A stretch of DNA of 32,000 nt from Natronospirillum sp. (GTDB taxonomy: Bacteria; Pseudomonadota; Gammaproteobacteria; Pseudomonadales; Natronospirillaceae), in assembly GCA_965602035.1 (NCBI GenBank), contig OZ271919.1:1259937-1291936 (forward strand), read 5' to 3'. Positions 26,099-32,000 of this stretch are shown in pieces. The notes under the pieces are model-generated. The model worked only from the letters and a program-made list of their open reading frames with translations. It did not search any database and was not told the DNA's origin. A program made the position numbers and the translations under genes. The stretch's first letter is position 1; each line of letters opens with the position of its first letter.

Positions 26099-26545
26099 AT
26101 GGTCGAATCGGCCGACATCCGGCGGTTTCGTGTGCAGGTCATCGACCACTACAGGGTGGATGAAAAACCGGAACTGTCCGATTTCGCCGGTGCCCTGGGC
26201 AGCATGACACCGTATACCGTCTACCCCGGCGGCATGCGGGTCAGGCTACCTGAAGTGGTGAAACTGAAACCGGAAACCGTGGTAGACCTCGGTGGCCAGC
26301 AACGCATGGTGGTGCCCGCTGAGCTCAACGGTTACCCGGTCGTTATTACCCACCAGTACCCGGTAAAACCGCCCCTACTGCAGAAACTCATGATCTTCGG
26401 TGAACAGGACCTGATCACCCGGCTGGACCTCAGGCTCGGCGCCTCGGCGCGCCTCAGCATCAACCGCGTTCACTTCGCCTACGCCCACGTCTGGGACTGG
26501 GCGCGCTCGATTCACACCCTGCTCGATTCCGGCATTGATCGGTAG
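26099..26545 (+). CDS. Hypothetical protein
   Basis: 148-aa ORF starting 9 nt after the msbA stop on the same strand. No signal peptide, TM segment or recognisable motif. Confidence 0.5.
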   Translation: MVESADIRRFRVQVIDHYRVDEKPELSDFAGALGSMTPYTVYPGGMRVRLPEVVKLKPETVVDLGGQQRMVVPAELNGYPVVITHQYPVKPPLLQKLMIFGEQDLITRLDLRLGASARLSINRVHFAYAHVWDWARSIHTLLDSGIDR

Positions 26546-26561
26546 TTGGCGCCGGCAAGTG

Positions 26562-26631
26562 CGCGGCCAAGGCCGCTACGGCCTACATTACCGAGCCACG
26601 GGTCTCTTGTAGGCCGAAGCTGCCTTGGCAG
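26562..26631. repeat. REP-like triple-hairpin cluster at a convergent gene junction
   Basis: GCGGCCAAGGCCGC (26562..26575); GGCCTACA...TGTAGGCC (26579..26586 with 26607..26614); GCTGCCTTGGCAGC (26618..26631). It shares GAGCCACGG...TTGTAGG with the 13882..13988 family. Confidence 0.6.
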
Positions 26632-26653
26632 CGCTCCAGTCTCGGCCGGCACT

Positions 26654-28069
26654 TCAAGACCTGCCGTACCGATCCTCGAAACGTACAATGTCGTCTTCGC
26701 CGAGATACGAGCCGGACTGGACTTCGATCAATTCCAGGTCCATCTGCCCCGGGTTTTCGAGGCTGTGTTTCTCGCCGATCGGGATAAAGGTCGATTCGTT
26801 TTCGGTGAGCAGAAACACCTCATCGCCCTTGGTCACCCGGGCGGTGCCCTTCACAATCACCCAATGCTCGGCCCGGTGATGGTGCATCTGCAGAGACAGC
26901 TTCTCGCCCGGTTTTACGCTGATGCGCTTCACCTGATAGCGCGTATCCATGTGAATGGAATCGTAATGCCCCCAGGGGCGGTAGACTTCCCGGTGGTTGA
27001 AATGCTCGTGCCGGCCCTGCTCCTGAATCGTCTTCACGATGGTCTTCACGTCCTGAACCTGGTCCTTGTGGGCGACCAGCACCGCATCTTTCGTTTCTAC
27101 CACCACCAGATCCGACACGCCCACGGCCGCGACCAGTCGATGGTCAGCCTGAATGTAATTGCCGGTGGACCCGGTGGCGATCACATCGCCCTGCAGCGCG
27201 TTCTGGTTGTCGTCCTTGTCACGGACTTCCCAGAGCGCTGACCAGGAGCCAATATCGCTCCAGCCGGCGTCCAGCGGCACCATGGCGCCTAGACTCGTCT
27301 TTTCCATCACGGCGGTGTCGATCGGTGCATCCGGGCTGCGGGCGAACGCCTCCGCATCCAGACGCTGGAAGGTCAGGTCGGATTCCGCTCCGGCCAGCGC
27401 CGCGCTTGTGGCCTCCACAATATCCGGCGCCACACGCTGGAGCTCCTGCAGATACGCACTGGCCCGGAACAGAAACATGCCGCTGTTCCAGCAGTAGTCA
27501 CCCGCACTCAGATACTGTTCAGCCGTCGCCTGATCCGGTTTTTCCACGAACCGGGCGACTTCAAACCCCGCGTCACCCAGAGCCTTGCCCTGCTGGATAT
27601 ACCCATAACCCGTCTCGGCATGGGTGGGGATAATACCGAAGGTCACCAGACGGCCGTCTTCGGCCAGGGGAATCGCACGCTGCACTGCGGCCTGAAAGGC
27701 TTCGGTGTCCTTGATCAGATGATCCGCCGCCAGCACCAGCAGCAAGGGGTCTTCCCCGTTGCGTTGCGCCAGCTCGGCCGCCAGCGCAATCGCCGGCGCG
27801 GTATTCCGCCCTTCCGGTTCCAGCAGAATCGTGGCGTTACCTTCGCCTAACTGGCGAAGCTGTTCGGCCACCAGAAACCGGTGCTCTTCATTGGCAATCA
27901 GAATCGGCGACGCCGGAGCCAGACCATCAAGACGCCGCAGGGTTTCCTGCAACAGGCTGTGCTCGCCGGTAAGCGCCAGGAACTGCTTGGGATTCAACTG
28001 GCGGGACAGCGGCCAGAGCCGCGTTCCGCGGCCGCCGGCCATAATGACGGGCGTCAGGGCATGAGACAC
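26654..28069 (-). CDS. manC: Bifunctional mannose-1-phosphate guanylyltransferase / mannose-6-phosphate isomerase
   Basis: N-terminal nucleotidyltransferase motif PVIMAGGRGTRLWPLSR and a C-terminal cupin (LSLQMHHHRAEHWVIVKGTA). I prefer the GTG at 28069, which has a GGAGAG SD 6 nt upstream; the track uses the GTG at 28087. Confidence 0.9.
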   Translation of the reverse strand: MSHALTPVIMAGGRGTRLWPLSRQLNPKQFLALTGEHSLLQETLRRLDGLAPASPILIANEEHRFLVAEQLRQLGEGNATILLEPEGRNTAPAIALAAELAQRNGEDPLLLVLAADHLIKDTEAFQAAVQRAIPLAEDGRLVTFGIIPTHAETGYGYIQQGKALGDAGFEVARFVEKPDQATAEQYLSAGDYCWNSGMFLFRASAYLQELQRVAPDIVEATSAALAGAESDLTFQRLDAEAFARSPDAPIDTAVMEKTSLGAMVPLDAGWSDIGSWSALWEVRDKDDNQNALQGDVIATGSTGNYIQADHRLVAAVGVSDLVVVETKDAVLVAHKDQVQDVKTIVKTIQEQGRHEHFNHREVYRPWGHYDSIHMDTRYQVKRISVKPGEKLSLQMHHHRAEHWVIVKGTARVTKGDEVFLLTENESTFIPIGEKHSLENPGQMDLELIEVQSGSYLGEDDIVRFEDRYGRS

Positions 28070-28143
28070 CGGGCACTCTCCGAACACTCAGAATGGAAGA
28101 AGCATTGTATAGGACACGGGCAATTTCCTGTACCCACCAACAG

Positions 28144-29139
28144 TCAGCCGCCAAAGCGGGCGCGTAGCAGTGCTTTCACGTTGGCTTCGGGCCGCGCGCC
28201 ATAGTGCGAAATCACCTCGGCCGCCATGATACTGCCGATGCGCGCCGACTCCACCAGCGACTTTCCCTGGGTGTAGCCATACAGGAACCCGGCAGCGTAC
28301 TGATCGCCGGCCCCCGTGGTATCCACCACAGCCGACACCGGCTCCGCATCCACCACATGCACCTCATTGCCCGACAGAATGACAGAGCCTTTCTCGGAAC
28401 GCGTCAGGCAGGCGATCCGGCAGTCGTGCCGGGCTGCCTGCAATGCGGAATCGAAATCGTCTACCTGATACAACGACAGAATTTCCTGCTCGTTCGCAAA
28501 CAGAATGTCCACGTGGTTCTTAACGAGATCCCGGAAATCCTCCCGATGGCGATCCACACAGAAACCGTCACTCAGTGTCAGGGACACCTCCCGGCCCGCG
28601 GCGTGCGCGGCATCGGCGGCCGCCACAAAGGCCGCCTTGGCGGGCTCCCGGTCGAACAGATAGCCTTCCAGATATACGATCCGCGCGGCCTGTATGGCCT
28701 CTGCCGACACATCGTCCGGTGTAAAGTCCGACGCCGCGCCCAGATAGGTCGCCATGGTGCGCTGCGCATCCGGCGTCACCAGTACCAGGCATTTACCGGT
28801 TCCCGGGCCCTCTGTTGCCGGCACGGTCGCGAAATCGACGCCCATCGCCTTCAGATCATGGCGAAACACATCCCCGAACTGATCATTCCGGACCTTCCCG
28901 ATATAGGCACCAGTGCCGCCCAGCGCCGCGAAACCGGCCATGGTGTTGCCGCAGGAGCCGCCGGACTTCTCGATACCGGCCGGCAGTCTGTCGTAGAGTG
29001 CATCCGACTGATCCCGCTCAACCAGCGTCATACCGCCTTTCGGCATGTCAGCAGCCGCCACCGCCGCATCGTCCACCTCCACCAGCACATCCACCAGTGC
29101 GTTGCCGATTCCGATCAGGTCGTATCGCGTTTCCGCCAT
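28144..29139 (-). CDS. PfkB-family carbohydrate/nucleoside kinase (adenosine kinase-like)
   Basis: 331 aa, YDLIGIGNALVDVL N-terminus, DTTGAGD anion-hole motif. Overall resemblance to bacterial adenosine kinases. Confidence 0.8.
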   Translation of the reverse strand: MAETRYDLIGIGNALVDVLVEVDDAAVAAADMPKGGMTLVERDQSDALYDRLPAGIEKSGGSCGNTMAGFAALGGTGAYIGKVRNDQFGDVFRHDLKAMGVDFATVPATEGPGTGKCLVLVTPDAQRTMATYLGAASDFTPDDVSAEAIQAARIVYLEGYLFDREPAKAAFVAAADAAHAAGREVSLTLSDGFCVDRHREDFRDLVKNHVDILFANEQEILSLYQVDDFDSALQAARHDCRIACLTRSEKGSVILSGNEVHVVDAEPVSAVVDTTGAGDQYAAGFLYGYTQGKSLVESARIGSIMAAEVISHYGARPEANVKALLRARFGG

Positions 29140-29209
29140 TAATCCGTTCCTCGCCGTTGTTGTATGGGCTCCCTATTCTGCCACGGGAAAACCTTAAAAG
29201 CAGACGGTT

Positions 29210-29230
29210 GACCGTCGACCGTCGACCGTC
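29210..29230. repeat. Perfect 7-nt tandem repeat (GACCGTC)x3
   Basis: GACCGTC GACCGTC GACCGTC read directly at 29210..29230. It creates overlapping GTCGAC palindromes and abuts the 24-nt-unit array. Confidence 0.95.
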
Positions 29231-29234
29231 GAAG

Positions 29235-29427
29235 GACCGTTCACTTCGTTCACTCAAAGACCACTCGCTCCGCTCGTTCAAAGTCGAATGACCGTTCGCG
29301 AAGCTCACTCAAAGTTGAAAGTGCCCTTGACCAACTTTGAGGCCGAAGGCCGGTCTTTGAGCTCGCGGAGCGAGCGGTCTGTCAGTGAGCGCAGCGAACG
29401 GTCTGTAAACGAGCGAAGCGAGTGGTC
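29235..29427. repeat. Composite palindromic repeat: three 24-nt units, central hairpins, three inverted 24-nt units
   Basis: Units GACCnnTCnCTnCGnTCnnTCAAA at 29235..29258, 29259..29282 and 29290..29313. Centre: CTCAAAGTTG...CAACTTTGAG and GGCCGAAGGCC. Inverted units at 29356..29379, 29380..29403 and 29404..29427. Confidence 0.9.
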
Positions 29428-29444
29428 TGTCAACGGTCAACGAA

Positions 29445-30458
29445 TCAGAACGAGCCTTTGCCTTCTCCCAGCAACTGCAACGCCGTACCACAACAGATAT
29501 CGTGGTGCTCGTGGTCTGTGATATGCGGCACCTGACTCAGGGTCTCCAACGGCTGCTGGTCGGCCATGTCGAACGGAGAATCCGTGCCAATGGCGATGTG
29601 GTCAGACCCCACGAGATCGATCAGGTAACGCAGCGCCTGTGGCTCAAACACCAGGCTGTCGAAGTAGAATCGCTTGAGCAGTTCCTTGGCATTGGTTTCC
29701 GTGAACTCCCGGGTTTCCGGGCGCACCTTGTGGCCATGCACCAGCCGGCCGATCTGGTACGGCAGAAAACCACCGCCGTGGGCCAGCAGCACTTTCAGTT
29801 CGGGAATCTCATCCATGGCGCCGCTGTAGATCAGGTTGGACACACAGACGGCGGTGTCCATGGGATTACCCAGCAGATTGGTCAGGTAGTAGTCCTCGAG
29901 CCCCGGCTTGTTGCCCACGTAATAGGGGTGAGCGAACACAAACACACCCAGTTCAGCCGCCCGTTTCAGCAACGGGCGGAACTGCTTTTCAGCCAGCTGG
30001 GCGCCTTCGATCGACGTACCGACCTCGATCGATTTGAAGCCATACTCTTTCACCACCCGCTCCAGCTCCGCCACGGCCGCGTCCGGGTGCTGCATCGGCA
30101 CCGTCGCCATGCCACGCAGCCGAGATGGCGTGTGCGCCACCATGTCAGCCACGCCGTCGTTCACCAGCCGCGCCATGTTCAGCGCCATGTCCGCTTCTGC
30201 CCAGTAGTAGAACATCGGCGGTGCCGGTGAGATCACCGACACATCAATGCCCTTGCGGTCCATCGACTCCAGCTTCGCCTCGACCTGGCAGAACTCATCG
30301 AACAGCGGGTACACATAGCCCTGATCGTGCACAACCTTCGTCTTGCCCCCGGTCTTCTCCCCGCTGGTGTCCAGATGCGCCGAATACGCCTCAGGGTTCG
30401 TCCGGATTGCTTCCACCACTCGAGGTGGAATCACGTGGCTGTGCAGATCAATGTTCAT
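29445..30458 (-). CDS. Amidohydrolase-2 (ACMSD-like) family metal-dependent hydrolase/decarboxylase
   Basis: 337 aa, MNIDLHSHVIPP... His-x-His start, later HPYY, HGGG and D motifs typical of PF04909-type enzymes. AGGAG SD 7 nt upstream. Confidence 0.85.
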   Translation of the reverse strand: MNIDLHSHVIPPRVVEAIRTNPEAYSAHLDTSGEKTGGKTKVVHDQGYVYPLFDEFCQVEAKLESMDRKGIDVSVISPAPPMFYYWAEADMALNMARLVNDGVADMVAHTPSRLRGMATVPMQHPDAAVAELERVVKEYGFKSIEVGTSIEGAQLAEKQFRPLLKRAAELGVFVFAHPYYVGNKPGLEDYYLTNLLGNPMDTAVCVSNLIYSGAMDEIPELKVLLAHGGGFLPYQIGRLVHGHKVRPETREFTETNAKELLKRFYFDSLVFEPQALRYLIDLVGSDHIAIGTDSPFDMADQQPLETLSQVPHITDHEHHDICCGTALQLLGEGKGSF

Positions 30459-30506
30459 TGAATTCTCCTGAGCAAAAGATATAAGACCGGGCCTTCGGCC
30501 CTCACC

Positions 30507-30627
30507 GACCGCTCGCTCCGCGAGCTCAAAGACCGGCCTTCGGCCTCAAAGTTGGCTTGAGACGCTTTCAACTTTGAGTGAGCTTCGCGAACGGTCTTTC
30601 GACTTTGAACGAGCGAAGCGAGTGGTC
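30507..30627. repeat. Inverted copy of the 121-bp segment 29259..29379
   Basis: In a hand alignment, the reverse complement of 30507..30627 matches 29259..29379 at 112/121 positions. This includes exact blocks of 49 nt (30507..30555 vs 29331..29379) and 24 nt (30573..30596 vs 29290..29313). Confidence 0.9.
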
Positions 30628-30629
30628 GG

Positions 30630-31259
30630 TCAGAAAGTCGGCGGCGTGTTAACCCACACCACCCGCGCCACCACATCACCCGTATTCTTGTAACTGTGTG
30701 GCAGGTCGGACCGGAAAAAGAACGAATCCCCCGCCGATGCCGAATAAGTCTCGCCATCCACGGTTATCTGGATCGTGCCCTCAAGCACATACCCCAGCTC
30801 TTCGCCTTCGTGCACCAGGCCCTCGGTGCTGTAGCCACCGGGTTCAATCACATGCACATTGCCCTGTAACAGGTAACCCGGTGCATAGGGCACCAGGCGC
30901 TGCAGTTGAATACCGTGCCCGCGCCGGAGCTGGTCCGTGGAAATCATCGGTCGCTGGTCTTCCCGCGTTACCACCGACTGTCCGCGGTCAGACTCTGCAA
31001 ACATCTCCGACAGGTTGGTACCCAGTGCTTCACAGATTCGGTGCAGCATGGTCACCGAAGGATTCGCCCGTCGATTTTCGATTTTCGACAGCGCACTCAC
31101 CGAACAGCCGACTTCATCCGCCAGTGTCTGCAGCTTGTAACCACGTGCCATACGGGCATGCCGAATGCGGGTGCCGATACGCGATTCTTCAAACCCTGCT
31201 GAGCCGCGTGCGCTGGGGGGTTTGCGTGCGGTAGTCATAAGTCCATGCCCTCTCTCCAT
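30630..31259 (-). CDS. XRE-family HTH regulator with C-terminal cupin domain
   Basis: 209 aa with an HTH_3 segment (IGTRIRHARMARGYKLQTLADEVGCSVSALSKIENRRANPSVTMLHRICEAL) and a cupin_2 (HEGEELGYVLEGTIQITVDG...GDSFFF). Alternative start at the ATG at 31238. Confidence 0.88.
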   Translation of the reverse strand: MERGHGLMTTARKPPSARGSAGFEESRIGTRIRHARMARGYKLQTLADEVGCSVSALSKIENRRANPSVTMLHRICEALGTNLSEMFAESDRGQSVVTREDQRPMISTDQLRRGHGIQLQRLVPYAPGYLLQGNVHVIEPGGYSTEGLVHEGEELGYVLEGTIQITVDGETYSASAGDSFFFRSDLPHSYKNTGDVVARVVWVNTPPTF

Positions 31260-31327
31260 GCTCGCTTGCGCAGAGTCTAACGAAATTTTTCCACCGTTTG
31301 TGCTTGAGTTTTCAAAAACCTTCCACT

Positions 31328-31385
31328 AAATTCAAACGTGTTGAATTTATTTGACTTGGTTTGAATTATAGACCAAGAATTGAAT
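31328..31385. promoter_or_regulatory. Candidate operator/promoter array in the divergent region
   Basis: Perfect palindrome AAATTCAA-ACGTG-TTGAATTT (31328..31348). TTGAAT recurs at 31341, 31361 and 31380 (20- and 19-bp spacing). A second inverted repeat, CTTGGT-N11-ACCAAG, lies at 31355..31377. Confidence 0.45.
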
Positions 31386-31458
31386 AAAGGTCCACTCACT
31401 TGCCTCAGCAGGCAATCCGGCGGGCCATAAGACAGGACGCGAGAGGAGAGACACCCGC

Positions 31459-32000
31459 ATGCCCATGACACCGTCGCAGCGAGCCCCCTACAGCGCCATC
31501 GTCGACCGGCCACCCCTGCGTCTGCCCGAAGGCAAGCGGCTGGCCGTATGGACCATAGTCAACGCCGAACACTGGCATGACGGTGGCGCGATGCCCCGGG
31601 CCGTATTACCGCCGCCCATGGGGCAGCCCCTGCTCCCCGACATTCCCAACTGGTCATGGCACGAATACGGTATGCGCGTCGGCTTCTGGCGGTTTGTCGA
31701 CGTCCTCTCAGAGCATGGCATCACCCCAACATTTGCTGTTAATGGCTCGGTCTGTCGGCACTATCCGCGTATTGCCGATGAAGCCAACCGACTGGGCTGG
31801 GAATTCATGGGCCACGGTTATCTCCAGGGCCCCATGCACAAGGTCGATGACCAGCGCGCCGCCATTGCCGACACCATCGCGGCCATAAAGGAAGTCACCG
31901 GCAAGGCCCCCAGCGGCTGGGAAAGCCCCGGCCTGACCGAAACCAACAACACCCTCGACTGGCTGCGCGAAGCCGGCATTCGTTACGTAGCCGACTGGGT
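31459..32000 (+). CDS. Polysaccharide deacetylase (NodB-homology / PuuE-like) family protein, 3'-truncated by the window edge
   Basis: Not in the ORF track because there is no stop inside the window. ATG at 31459 with GGAGAG SD. The open frame reads MPMTPSQRAPYSAIVDRPPLRLPEGKRLAVWTIVNAEHW...YGMRVGFWRFVDVLSEHGITPTFAVNGSV...MGHGY...SGWESPGLTETNNTLDWLREAGIRYVADW, similar in layout to PuuE-type deacetylase-fold hydrolases. Confidence 0.75.
   Translation, partial: MPMTPSQRAPYSAIVDRPPLRLPEGKRLAVWTIVNAEHWHDGGAMPRAVLPPPMGQPLLPDIPNWSWHEYGMRVGFWRFVDVLSEHGITPTFAVNGSVCRHYPRIADEANRLGWEFMGHGYLQGPMHKVDDQRAAIADTIAAIKEVTGKAPSGWESPGLTETNNTLDWLREAGIRYVADW

Noticed and set aside
29288-29521. ORFs reading through the repeats (29288..29521 + and 30455..30757 -), both containing ...TVREAHSKLK..NFEAEGRSLSSRSERSV...
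   Set aside because: The shared peptide simply reflects the same 121-bp repeat read on opposite strands. The SERS periodicity comes from the 24-nt unit. Both ORFs overlap well-supported genes and lack an SD.

Overview
GC-rich, densely coding chromosomal backbone of a gammaproteobacterium. Synteny blocks resemble marine Vibrio, Marinobacter and Pseudomonas genomes: pomA|xseB-ispA-dxs, mutY-yggX-tRNA-Phe, cysI-DUF934-cobA, lptF-lptG. I support about 38 protein genes. They cover isoprenoid precursors (xseB-ispA-dxs), DNA repair and oxidative stress (msrA, mutY, yggX, fpr, a MerR/pirin/OsmC module), sulfite reduction and siroheme, rfaH, dusA with an overlapping Tus-like gene, and LPS transport and core genes (lptFG, waaC, a CX5R phosphatase, msbA, manC). 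The right end holds a small regulator/amidohydrolase/deacetylase module. There are two tRNAs (Phe-GAA, Asn-GTT), each with a sigma70-like promoter and an intrinsic terminator. I saw no rRNA, CRISPR array, transposase, integrase or recognisable defence or toxin system. The structure the gene list does not explain is repeat architecture. (1) A 121-bp element occurs as two inverted copies (112/121 identical by hand alignment) that bracket exactly one amidohydrolase gene. The left copy sits inside a ~200-bp hierarchical palindrome built from 24-nt units. (2) A second REP-like family (TTTGTAGGAGCTGC... / ATCGCAGCCTTCGGCAGCTCCT) occurs as a 40-bp tandem duplication. A related, more diverged sequence lies at a convergent gene junction. 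One copy lies in frame inside the dusA coding sequence. Other points worth a second look are a Tus (replication terminus protein) homologue overlapping dusA, a 737-aa Kdo/WaaP-type kinase fused to a large unassigned C-terminal region, and a Cys-based phosphatase between waaC and msbA. All homology calls come from reading translations against remembered family sequences and motifs; no database search was run.
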